64,000 nt of DNA. Source: Acidobacteriota bacterium (lineage in GTDB: Bacteria; Acidobacteriota; UBA6911). Under the pieces are notes generated by a model. That model did no database searches. It was not told where the DNA came from and saw only the letters and a list, made by a program, of their open reading frames with translations. The first letter of the stretch is position 1, and the number at the start of each line of letters is the position of its first letter. Shown here piece by piece: positions 53,428 to 63,187 of this stretch. The position numbers were made by a program, and so were the translations under genes. Location: positions 2,944,001 through 3,008,000 of the forward strand of contig OY761556.1 of assembly GCA_963664705.1 (NCBI GenBank), read 5' to 3'.

Positions 53428-55140
53428 ATGAAATTGCGTATCGCGGTGATTACAGTTTTATGCATCGGCCTTGCCTGCGGTGTTTCAATGCAGAGCAGTC
53501 AGACCTTTGCAAAGGAAAAGAAAGCGGCCGCATCCGGCCGGCCGGTGGTCATGCCCAAAATAACGGTATACAACCCTATGGGCACGCCGCCGCCGATCGC
53601 GCTGGTACCGCAGGCTCCTCGCCTGAACACGCTGGACGGCAAAACTATCTATTTTCTAAATACCGGCTTCATTGGAACCGATCGGCTGATGGCGGAAATG
53701 ATGGATTGGTTTAAGGCCAACTATCCAAAAACCAACATCGTATACAAGGATGGCAAAAGCGGCGCCGGATTAGCCGAATTGAGCAAACCTTTGTGGACGG
53801 AGATTGAGCAAAAAGGGGACGCCGCGATTGTCGGGCTGGGGCACTGAAGCCTCTGCGCTCCAGGGGCGGTCCGCCTCTCTTTTGATATCGAATCCAAAAT
53901 GAAAAAACCCGCAGTACCTCTGATCCTGAACGATTTTGCAAAGCAGGAAAAGGAGGTTTCCCTTAACCTCGGGATGCCCAACCTTCGCATTCAGTATTTC
54001 CGCGGCCCGGTTTGGGGGAAAACAAATGAGCAGCTCAGGAAGCAAATAGTAGAAGGCAACAATCCAATAACGGGAAAACCGGCAATGCCCGAACTGGTCC
54101 AACTGTTGACCAAACCGCTGACGGCCGAAGAACAAAAGACCGGAGCGGTAAAACAGGACCTGGGGCCAAAGACATACACGGGCACTCCAGACGAGCTTCA
54201 GAAGTTGTTTCTTGAAAAAAGATATACAGACTTTCTGCCCGTGGAATTGCCCACAGAACAGAAGGTGGCCGAAATGTTGAAGGCCACCAGTCACCAGCCG
54301 ACCGAGGTTCTTGGAAAAATGAATCCTGGGTCTGAAGCCGGTGAAGCCTGGTCCTACACCGTGAAGGATGCCGCTGTTAGCGCCGTCATGGCCGGCGCCA
54401 AACCGGAATATTTCCCGGTCATTCTGGCCCTGGGATCAACCGGCATCACCGCAGTCAATGTGTCCGACAATGGTTTCATGGCGGGCGCCGTTATCAACGG
54501 CAAGATTCGCGATGAAATCAGCCTTAACTACGAAGAAGGCGCGGTCGGTCCCTATGCCCATGCCAACACGACGATTGGCAGAGCCTGGAGCCTTTTGTCC
54601 ATCAACGGCGGGAACTGCGGCAAAGTCGGAACGACCTATATGGGAACAATCGGAAATCCCATGAACCTGATCGGGATTATCATGGCCGAAAATGAAGGGA
54701 AATCCCCCTTCAAACCGCTGTCCGTGAGACGAGGCTTCAAAGAAGGGGAGAACGTGGTCACGCTGTTCATGGGATGGGGCATACTCTCCGCCAAGAACTG
54801 GGCTGCGACCATTTGGGGCCCCAACATGAATTATCCAGAGATCATCAAGGAAATCTATAACACGCAGGACGGTCACCTGTTTGGAACCTGCGCGGTCCTG
54901 AGCCCGCCGATTGCGAATTTCGTCAAAGATGGCGGATATGACTCCGTGGAAAAATTCACGGAATGGGTGACCGGACAGGCTGCCGGCGCCAAGCTGGACA
55001 ACCGTATGACGATCAACAGCGGTGTCCGCAAGTCCGGTGGAGTATTCACGGTCGTCGTCACCGGAGGATCCAACAACAACTACTTCAGCATGGGCGGAAT
55101 GGTACCTTCCCAATCCATCCAGATTGACAAGTGGCGATAG
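53428..55140 (+). CDS. Exported UGSC-family selenoprotein (in-frame TGA 53845-53847 read as Sec, UxxC motif)
   Basis: ORFs 53371-53847 and 53899-55140 are in one frame, separated only by TGA: AAIVGLGH-U-SLC-APGAV. UGSC-like motifs APRLNTLDGKTI, TDFLPVELPT..KV.EML, AVMAGAKPEYFPV and ANTTIGRAW. Confidence 0.85.
53862..53878 (+). promoter_or_regulatory. Putative bacterial SECIS hairpin
   Basis: AGGGGC-GGTCC-GCCTCT stem-loop with a G-first apical loop starting about 20 nt after the TGA. Confidence 0.65.
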
Positions 55141-55154
55141 CGCTTTGAACCTAT

Positions 55155-55186
55155 AAGGGGGCATGAAGAAATCTCCATGCCCCCTT
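55155..55186. terminator. Terminator-like hairpin between convergent genes
   Basis: AAGGGGGCATG / CATGCCCCCTT 11-bp stem. Confidence 0.7.
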
Positions 55187-55211
55187 GAGGTTGTGAACCA
55201 CTCCGGCTGAA

Positions 55212-56105
55212 TTACCGAATAAGGTTTTCGTCAAGCATCCCGCTATAAGCCAGCTGCGCCGGGCCGGTCATAAAAACGTGGTTGTTCTCCGCCCAGCGTA
55301 TATGCAGCGTACCGCCGCGAAGGATCACTTTTGATTCGCGATCGGCGCGCTTCGTAACGGAAGCCATGACCGCAGTCGCGCAGGCACCGGTACCGCAGGC
55401 CAGCGTTTCCCCGCATCCGCGTTCGAATACGCGCATGTGAATTCCTTCCGAATCGATAACCGCGAACTCAATATTGCACTTTTCGGGGAATGCATCGTAA
55501 CGTTCGAGATAGGCCCCGGGCCTGTCGATGTCCATCGACGCAAGCTCGGCCGCGGTGATATTGAGAAATGTTATCGCATGGGGATTCCCCATGGACACGC
55601 AGTTGAACTCAAAATTTCCATAAGGCGTCCCGATCTTTGCATCGACGACAAAACCATCACTGTTCTGGGCTAGCGTTGTCGGGATTTCCCTGGCCGGAAA
55701 GATCGGCTGGCCCATATCCACGGTGCAGCTGGCGAGCTTTCCATCCTTGCCCAGTTCGCATACGAGCGGGCGCAGTCCCGCGAGCGTATCGGCGACGAGC
55801 TTACATGTATTGTTCGACTTATCGAGCTTTAGAATACTGTTGTCGACGATGAACTTGGCGAAGCAGCGGACTCCATTCCCACACATTTGGGCAAGCGATC
55901 CATCAGAGTTTATGTAGTGCATGTAGGCATCTGCCCCGGTGCGTTTGGGCGGCCGCACCAATATGATGCCGTCAGCCCCAACCCCCATATGGCGATCGCA
56001 GATGCGAGCAACCTGCTCTGCGGTGAACTCGATTTTGTTATCCAGGTCATCGATGACGACGAAATCGTTGCCGGCCCCATGGATCTTCTTGAACGGTATC
56101 TGCAA
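55212..56105 (-). CDS. dapF: Diaminopimelate epimerase
   Basis: HGAGNDF, GADG, NSDGS.AQMCGNG.RC, SMGNPH and ERGCGETLACGTGACA. Confidence 0.97.
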   Translation of the reverse strand: MQIPFKKIHGAGNDFVVIDDLDNKIEFTAEQVARICDRHMGVGADGIILVRPPKRTGADAYMHYINSDGSLAQMCGNGVRCFAKFIVDNSILKLDKSNNTCKLVADTLAGLRPLVCELGKDGKLASCTVDMGQPIFPAREIPTTLAQNSDGFVVDAKIGTPYGNFEFNCVSMGNPHAITFLNITAAELASMDIDRPGAYLERYDAFPEKCNIEFAVIDSEGIHMRVFERGCGETLACGTGACATAVMASVTKRADRESKVILRGGTLHIRWAENNHVFMTGPAQLAYSGMLDENLIR

Positions 56106-56212
56106 AGCTCCTCCTTAATGCACGGTATTATCGCTTCGATAATACCGTATATTGAAAGCAGATGCGCTCTTTGTTTGCCAGAAACTTGTCGGCATCCGCG
56201 CAATTCCGTGGA

Positions 56213-56611
56213 TTATCTTTTGGCTTTGGACTTGTTCAGAGTTACAGCATCGCGTACGAGTGCCCTCAGCGCCTCCTCGTCAATCGCCTCCCCTTCGTGG
56301 AAGTCAATAGCGCGCCGGGTATTCCCTTCAAGGCTGGAGTTGAACAGGCCGGATGGATCCTTCAATGCCGCTCCCTTGGCAAAGGTCATTTTTACAGTGT
56401 TCTTGTAAGTTTCGCCGGTGCAGATCAGCCCATCATGCGCCCATACCGGGACTCCCCGCCACTTCCACTCTTCGACGATTTCCGGATCGGCTTGCCTCAC
56501 CAAAGCGCGCAGGCGGCTCAGCATCCTGCCGCGCCAGTCGCCCAACTCCTCGATTCTCGCGTCAATCTGCTGCGAGGGAGACTTGCTATTCTCGGACAGG
56601 CTTTTCTTCAT
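56213..56611 (-). CDS. DUF1801 (YdhG-like) protein
   Basis: DWRGRMLSRLR, EEWKWRGVPVW and FAKGAALKDPSGLFNSSLEGNTRRAID. Confidence 0.88.
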   Translation of the reverse strand: MKKSLSENSKSPSQQIDARIEELGDWRGRMLSRLRALVRQADPEIVEEWKWRGVPVWAHDGLICTGETYKNTVKMTFAKGAALKDPSGLFNSSLEGNTRRAIDFHEGEAIDEEALRALVRDAVTLNKSKAKR

Positions 56612-56656
56612 CTTCGTATCTTCCTCGTGAATCACGTCGAGTATTCGCGCCGGTAT

Positions 56657-57570
56657 TCATTCCCCCCTATAGGCTTTCTCAAGGTCTGCAATCACAAATT
56701 TTTTCATTTTCAGAAATGCCTGGGTAACGCGCTGTCTCTGCTCTTCGCTGCCTTTGCTCATCATGTCGTTCATTGCCGCAGGGATGATCTGCCACGACAC
56801 GCCATATTTATCCTTTAGCCATCCGCACTGCTCTGCTTCCGTTACCGCCGACAGTCCATCCCAGTAATGGTCGATCTCCTCCTGCGTATCGCAATTCACC
56901 ATAAATGAAACGGCTTCGTTGAACATAAAATCGTGGGGATGGGCGCTGTCCATTGCAGCAAACCATCTTCCATCCAGCCTAAAGTCGGTGAACATCACAC
57001 TACCTTCCTGATCCGGCTCCATCCCGGACGGATAGCGGGCGATTGTGCCGCGTTTAGCATGTCGAAATATCGAAAGATAAAGATCCGTGGCTTCTTCAGC
57101 CTTGCCGCAGTTGTCCGCGACAAAAAGCAAGGAAGGAATAATGGCCGGCCGCTCGTCGCCCGCCGGACTCGTCAGAATCAGTTGCCAGGAGAGCCCGTAT
57201 TTGTCCTGTATCCATCCGTAGCGTTTGCTGAACGGGTACTCCTGGATGGGGGCATCAAAACAGTTCCCCCTTCAGCCAGCCTTCCCCATACACTGTCAAT
57301 ACGCCGCGCCGCGTCCGCATCCCGCATCGGGTCAAAATTGATCATGAAGGAAATGGAGGGATTGAATGTAAAATACGGCCCGGCGCTGATGGCCATAAAT
57401 GGCGTCTTCCAGAGTTCGAATGAAACGATATCGCAATCGCCCGAAGGCGTGCCGGTGATCGTGCTTACGTTTGTGACTCTCGAATCCGGCAGGATCGACA
57501 CATAAAACGCGGCTGCTTCCTTTGCTTCCCGGTTGAACCATAGATGCGGCACTATCCTATTCATATCCAT
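56657..57570 (-). pseudogene. Two-domain VOC/PhnB (3-dmu-9 methyltransferase-like) gene, frameshifted at a C5 run
   Basis: The first frame reads IVPHLWFN...GGTVLMP. A different frame continues QEYPFSKRYGWIQDKYGLSWQL into ORF 56657-57130. The break is at G5, 57248-57252. Confidence 0.8.
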
Positions 57571-57670
57571 AGTGTAGCAAACCTCTCGCGCGGCTCTGTT
57601 GTCCACGCAATTTGCGAAATTGGCTAAAAAAAGAATCCCGCCACCATCACACGGCCTATTGGAGAGATGC

Positions 57671-57709
57671 AACGTCCGTGAAGTGCGACTGTTGCACTTC
57701 ACGGACGTT
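57671..57709. terminator. Hairpin downstream of TonB-dependent receptor
   Basis: Perfect 16-bp inverted repeat AACGTCCGTGAAGTGC; no clear U-tract. Confidence 0.6.
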
Positions 57710-57717
57710 CGAGTGTC

Positions 57718-60700
57718 CTAGAACTTATATTTCAACCACATGCGAATCTCGCGATGACCAAATCGTGTGATCTCGTTGTTGTTGAAGTCCGGGTTCAGCG
57801 CATCCAGAGTCGGGATACCCCGATTGGGATGGTTGAAAGGATTGAAAAGCTCGGTGCGGAACTCGAGTTCCTGTTTCTCGACGAAGCGCATCGGCATTTT
57901 GAAACGCCGCGTAACGCCCACAGTCCAGTCGTTCCGTCCATTCGCTGTAACGGTGTTGCGTCCGACGTTGCCCACACCAGATTGAACCAGGAAGTGGAAA
58001 GTATCCGCCGGCTGCGCGGCATTGCAGGGGATGGTCACATCGTCGCAATTGAGAAAGTTTTGAATCTCGAAAAACTGTCCCGCGGGAGTCGGCACACCGA
58101 ACAGAGAGCCGTCAATCCCAATTGAGTTGAATGGTGCCGAGAGATTGCCTATGTTCGGTCGCCCATTGGCGGCATTGCCGTCGTTGTTTGTATCAATACC
58201 CCCCACAAAGATTGTCTCCGGCGCGCCAGACTGATATGAATAGGTCCCAGAAAGCTGCCAGTCCCGAGTCAACGCTTTGACCGGAGCCCAACCCGAACCC
58301 TGGCTCCTGATAGTCGGGATTTCATACAGGTACGTGATCGAAAACCGGTGTTTGCGATGAAACGCCGAGAGACCTTTATCCAGGCCGGGGTTGAGGAAGT
58401 CCTGAATTCGCGTCGATCCACCGCTTGTAGTAAAGACCTCCGATCCGTTATCCAGGGTTTTGGAGAATGTATAGGACGCCCTCAGCAACAAGCCGGCGGC
58501 CATCCGCCGCTCCGCACTGAACTGAGCCCCGTGATAGGAAGAGTGCCGTCCATTGTCCCTGGCGGTTACTGCTCCCCGCGCGGTGTTGATGCGGACCCCG
58601 TTAATGCGGTAGTTCAGTTCGTCATTGCCGAAGAGCCTCACACCGGCCGTGCCGACATAAGCGGCCGTGAACACAAAGCCGCCCGGCACTTCCCGTTGTA
58701 TATCCAGATTCCACTGATGTGTCACAGGACTGGCAATATCGCTGACGACGGAGGTGACGGCAAGCGCCGGATTGAGAGCCGAGGGTGCAATCGTGTCGAC
58801 CAGCGCACTGGCATTTGCCGTGCCTCGACCGGTGGACGGCGCAATGATAGAACCGCCAACCACATTCGGCGGCGACGCAGCCGAGTTCACAAGGATGTTG
58901 TTGAACAGGCCGTCATAGAACATGCCATACCCGCCACGGATGACGGTTTTGTCTTTGCCAAACAGCCATTGAAGCCCACTCGGCGTGTAGGCGAAGCTCA
59001 ACCTCGGAGCCCAGTTGTTTTTGTCCTGCTTCTGCAGGATCCGTGTCGGATAGGGTCCGGTGAATTGCCCCAGCTCGGGGAGAACCGTAGGATAGGCCAG
59101 TACATTCAGCGGCGTACCTGCATACTCATAGCGCACGCCCATTGTGACCGTCAGTCTCTGATACACGCGCCACTGGTCCTCGAAGTAATAGGCCTGGAGC
59201 GTTTGATCCGGCCTGGCGAGCGGGCTTCCGAACACCTTTGCCGCGCTTCCGGCCGAGCCCGTAAAGTCATCGATATAGTTTGCCAGGGCTGTGCAGGGAA
59301 CGCCGCCGCAGTCGCCGCCCGAATTGTAGGTGATGGTTCCCCTGCTGTTGAACGGCACCGCCTGTTCGGCGGTAATGTTAGCCAGGTCAAATCCCAGTTT
59401 TATCGTGTGCCTTCCCACACTGGCACTGACCATGTCCTGGATTTGCCACGTCTGGTTATTGCGCCCCTGTGGAAAACCGGAATCCACGCCAATGCCTGCA
59501 CCGGATAAAAAGCCATTCCCATTAATGGTTGCGGTCGGTCCGGCAGCCGCTGGGTTGGACGCCGTGGATGGAAGCAATCCGAATTGGAAGTTGATAAAGT
59601 TCCACGTAAACCGGGTCTCATTGACAGCCCGTGGGCCAAACTGGTGGGTCCAGCTCGACCCGAAAAATCTGGATGGGCCTCCCTGCTGAGTCCGGAAACC
59701 AGGCAACTGTCCCGGATTGGCAAAAGTGTCCGGGGCAAAGGTTTGGGCACCCTGCCAGTACCGTGCCGAAATCGTGTCCTTGTCGGTGGCAATGTAATCG
59801 CCACGGACAAGCGTTTCATACGAGTTTTGAAACTGAGAAATCCCGGAAGGCGTCACCAGGCCTGTTTGCACGGATGGCCGTCCAAATCCAAGGCTGATGC
59901 TCGACGGGCTCGAATTTGGATCGCCCCTGAGATCGCCGATTCCCGAAAGCAGTGCGGCGATTCGCGCATTCTGAGGAAGCGATTGCAGCGCCGCCACGCC
60001 GGCGGCTGTGGGAATTCGCAGAGCTTCATCGGTCGCAGTGCTTCGTGTGCGATCCCACTGTGCGGTTCCGAAGAAAAACACCTTGTTCTTCAGGATCGGC
60101 CCGCCGAAGGCAAATCCAAAAGTGTTCTCTACGGAAACCGCCTTTTTATCCAGAGTGCCGGCCGGAGGTTTGTCCGCTGCATCCATTGAATTCAAAGCTG
60201 AATTGCGAAAGAGATTCCAGGCGGACCCGTGGAATTCATTGGTCCCGCCTCGCGTAATCACATTCGTTACGGAACCTCCCCCTTTGCCGAACTCTGCACT
60301 GTAAGCATTGGTCAGCACCTTGACCTCTGAAATTGCCTCCAGGTTTTGGGGCTGGAAGGCCTGACCGGTAATGGACAGGTCGTTGTTGTCCTGACCGTCG
60401 ATAAGGAAATTGTTGGCGCGGGGCCTTGTCCCATTAACTGAAAACCCGACTCCGTTGGTGAAATCATCTCGGGATGCCGGCTGGGTCACTCCGGGAAGCG
60501 TCAGCGCCAGGGAAATTGGATTCAATCCGATGATTGGGATATCACTGACCTCTTTCTGTGTGATTTCTCCACTCAATTCTCCCGATTGCCTCTCCACCTC
60601 CTGAGTCGTACCCGCTTCAACAACCACCACCTCCGAGCGCGGACTCACCTTGAGCGTGACGTCGACCGTCACGATGGTGGCCGCATGCACCTCCAGTTTA

Positions 60701-60981
60701 TTGACCTCGACGGTAGTCAAGCCCGGAGCCGACACCTTGACTTTATATGTACCCGGTACCAGCGCATCGACATAGTAAACGCCAGAATCGTTGGTTGTGG
60801 TCTCACGCGTAAAACCCATATCCTCATTGGTCACGGAGACACCCGCACCAATAACCACCGCCCCGCTGCTATCTTTGACAGTCCCAGCTACGGATCCCCT
60901 GCTGGTTTGGGCTGTCGCAAAGCTTGCCGCCGCCATAACGGCCAGGGCAAGCAAGCCCGTAATCAGCACTTTTCTATCCAT
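57718..60981 (-). CDS. TonB-dependent receptor, Oar-like, with carboxypeptidase-regulatory-like N-domain
   Basis: GGAGG RBS; signal peptide; GTVKDSSGAV..A.V, SVNGTR...NNFLIDG.DN, YSAEFG and DKNNWAPR; terminal LKYKF. Confidence 0.93.
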   Translation of the reverse strand: MDRKVLITGLLALAVMAAASFATAQTSRGSVAGTVKDSSGAVVIGAGVSVTNEDMGFTRETTTNDSGVYYVDALVPGTYKVKVSAPGLTTVEVNKLEVHAATIVTVDVTLKVSPRSEVVVVEAGTTQEVERQSGELSGEITQKEVSDIPIIGLNPISLALTLPGVTQPASRDDFTNGVGFSVNGTRPRANNFLIDGQDNNDLSITGQAFQPQNLEAISEVKVLTNAYSAEFGKGGGSVTNVITRGGTNEFHGSAWNLFRNSALNSMDAADKPPAGTLDKKAVSVENTFGFAFGGPILKNKVFFFGTAQWDRTRSTATDEALRIPTAAGVAALQSLPQNARIAALLSGIGDLRGDPNSSPSSISLGFGRPSVQTGLVTPSGISQFQNSYETLVRGDYIATDKDTISARYWQGAQTFAPDTFANPGQLPGFRTQQGGPSRFFGSSWTHQFGPRAVNETRFTWNFINFQFGLLPSTASNPAAAGPTATINGNGFLSGAGIGVDSGFPQGRNNQTWQIQDMVSASVGRHTIKLGFDLANITAEQAVPFNSRGTITYNSGGDCGGVPCTALANYIDDFTGSAGSAAKVFGSPLARPDQTLQAYYFEDQWRVYQRLTVTMGVRYEYAGTPLNVLAYPTVLPELGQFTGPYPTRILQKQDKNNWAPRLSFAYTPSGLQWLFGKDKTVIRGGYGMFYDGLFNNILVNSAASPPNVVGGSIIAPSTGRGTANASALVDTIAPSALNPALAVTSVVSDIASPVTHQWNLDIQREVPGGFVFTAAYVGTAGVRLFGNDELNYRINGVRINTARGAVTARDNGRHSSYHGAQFSAERRMAAGLLLRASYTFSKTLDNGSEVFTTSGGSTRIQDFLNPGLDKGLSAFHRKHRFSITYLYEIPTIRSQGSGWAPVKALTRDWQLSGTYSYQSGAPETIFVGGIDTNNDGNAANGRPNIGNLSAPFNSIGIDGSLFGVPTPAGQFFEIQNFLNCDDVTIPCNAAQPADTFHFLVQSGVGNVGRNTVTANGRNDWTVGVTRRFKMPMRFVEKQELEFRTELFNPFNHPNRGIPTLDALNPDFNNNEITRFGHREIRMWLKYKF

Positions 60982-61600
60982 GTTGTTTCCTCCCGTTCCA
61001 ATCGCACGTTGACCTTCATATCCGGTGAAGGTGAAAGAAGGAATTTTCCCGTTGATTTTGAGGCCAAGGCTTATTGCTCTGGAGCCAAAGGAAGCAGGCA
61101 TCTCCTCGAGATGTGCCAGGAAGACCCTCTGCGTTCGCATGCCTCATGTGGGATCCTCCAATGGAGATATTCGAAAAGGAATACCCACCAGAGTAAGAGG
61201 GGGGACAACCTTGTTCGTAATTATATCAGATCGCTGCAAGAGTCCACGAAATTGGATTTCATTTATCGTCTATCCGGCGGGACGGATAATGCTGCATATT
61301 ATTTATCGAGGGCAAGGCACTTCGAAGTGCCTTGGCTTGCCACCGTCTTCGGCTTTATGGTTTTAAAGGGCGGCAGCACCGGTTTCCATCCAATTGGGCC
61401 AAACGCCGGTGCTCCCGGTGGGCCCGGCTTCATGCGCGGCATAAGTGGCGATATGGTTGCCGTACGGGACAGATTTTTGTTCTCTGAATCGGTGGCGTGA
61501 CGCGGAGGGGCAGATCGATTCTACGTCCTGGGGCCTGCGGGATTTTGCAAATAAAAGAAACCTCCAGGCTCCAGGACTTGAAAAGGATGCGACTTCAACC

Positions 61601-62296
61601 TTATTTTTTCTTCGGCGGAGGGCCAAAGGTTTTCAGATTCACCGGGCCACCCCAATCAAACTTCGTCAGATCAAAATCCTTGATGGTGTTCTCCCGATCC
61701 AGCGACGGGCCAAGGTAGAGCGCGTGGAACAGAACCGGCTTTCGGATAGCCCTGAAATTCAGCGGGCTGTGCATGACGCCTTTAGGAATGAAGATGATGG
61801 TTGTTGAAGTAATGGTGTGCTTCTCCATTTCCTCCCCCATCCAGAAATCGATCTCGGCATCAAAGCTCTTGCAAAGATCCGGCAGTTGAGCGCCGAGGAA
61901 AATCAGGAACTCATCGTATTTGTGCGTGTGCGGAGTCTCCCAGCAAACCGGCGCGGTAAATACCTGCCATCCTATTGTGGCAGTGGCTCCGGGCAATGCC
62001 GAAGCGCCGCGAAAGTATGTCTGCGGGCTGGCTATTTCCGGGAATGGCGGAATGCTGTTGAGGGAAACAAAATCATTCGCCTTCGGCGGCTGGTGGTTGT
62101 CGCTTAAAAAATATTTTCCATATTTTGTCCCATCCGGCGACGGTGCCGCCTCCGGAGCTGCAAATAATTCGCCTTCGCTGGGGTCTAAAGCTCCCCGCAA
62201 CGAGCTTGCGAGTGCAATGCCGCCCGCGCCGGCGGTGATATTTTTTACGAATCCTCTGCGCGTGGTACCCTTTTTCCCGGTGCCGACAAGACTCAT
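61601..62296 (-). CDS. Tat-exported cupin-fold protein
   Basis: TTRRGFVK twin-arginine signal; HTHKYDEFLIF...FIPKGVMHSP. Confidence 0.78.
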   Translation of the reverse strand: MSLVGTGKKGTTRRGFVKNITAGAGGIALASSLRGALDPSEGELFAAPEAAPSPDGTKYGKYFLSDNHQPPKANDFVSLNSIPPFPEIASPQTYFRGASALPGATATIGWQVFTAPVCWETPHTHKYDEFLIFLGAQLPDLCKSFDAEIDFWMGEEMEKHTITSTTIIFIPKGVMHSPLNFRAIRKPVLFHALYLGPSLDRENTIKDFDLTKFDWGGPVNLKTFGPPPKKK

Positions 62297-62688
62297 GGCT
62301 GTCTCTCCTTTTTATGGATTCTCATCAGTAAAATCGAATGAATGATGATGTCATCCTAGCACAATGCGAGGCCGGCGAAGCAGCGAAACAGCGGATGTGT
62401 CTTTCCGAAAATTTGAGGGGGGCTTCACGGCACAAAACGGAGGTGAAGCCCTCACGAATTCCACCAATCGAACCATGCCGGGGGCACAGTCTGTAAAGTG
62501 AATTGAATTCGTGGCATTTAATTAGCCGTATTTTCCACTATTGCCACTCCCATAAATTGTGCCCAATCTGTAAAAGACAGTTTTGTTTATCTCCATCAAA
62601 AAGCTGTCGATATGGACATCGTGGAGATAAAAACAGGGATGTGCTTGTGTAGCAAACCCTGATCTGAGATATATAAGGAAATACCCTC

Positions 62689-62925
62689 ATGAATTGTCCA
62701 AAACTGAGCCTATGCCCTTTTTACAACGACAAAATGCCGATGGAAAGCGGTCTTGGCGCCATCTACAAGAAAAAATATTGCATGGGCAGCAATAAAAACT
62801 GCGCCCGATGGCTGGTGCTTCAGAATCTTGGACCGGAACATGTACCTGCCAACCTCTATCCCAGTATGCTTGATGTTGCCAGCCAACTCATCGAATCCGG
62901 GGGAAAGCTTCCTAGCAACGAGTAG
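62689..62925 (+). CDS. Small four-Cys hypothetical protein
   Basis: TAAGGA RBS; C-x5-CPFY...YC-x6-CAR...VP.NLYP. Confidence 0.7.
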   Translation: MNCPKLSLCPFYNDKMPMESGLGAIYKKKYCMGSNKNCARWLVLQNLGPEHVPANLYPSMLDVASQLIESGGKLPSNE

Positions 62926-63187
62926 GCCTGTGGCGCTCAAGCTCCCGGTGTGAATTTGCCAACCATCGGCTATCTCGAACCAAATCCATAATTCCCTCTT
63001 GTACCGCCCTGGCCGCGCCACGATAATTATTGAGTTCCTAATTTGTATAGCAGCTTTTAAAGGCTTATTCATTCAATCGTTCACTCGGCAGCGGCGCATG
63101 ACAGAGGCCCTTCCGGTGTTCGTTTCTGAGGCCGTCGTGCTAGCGCATCAAACGACGCGATTTCGCGGGTAATGAGCGAGCATTCCT

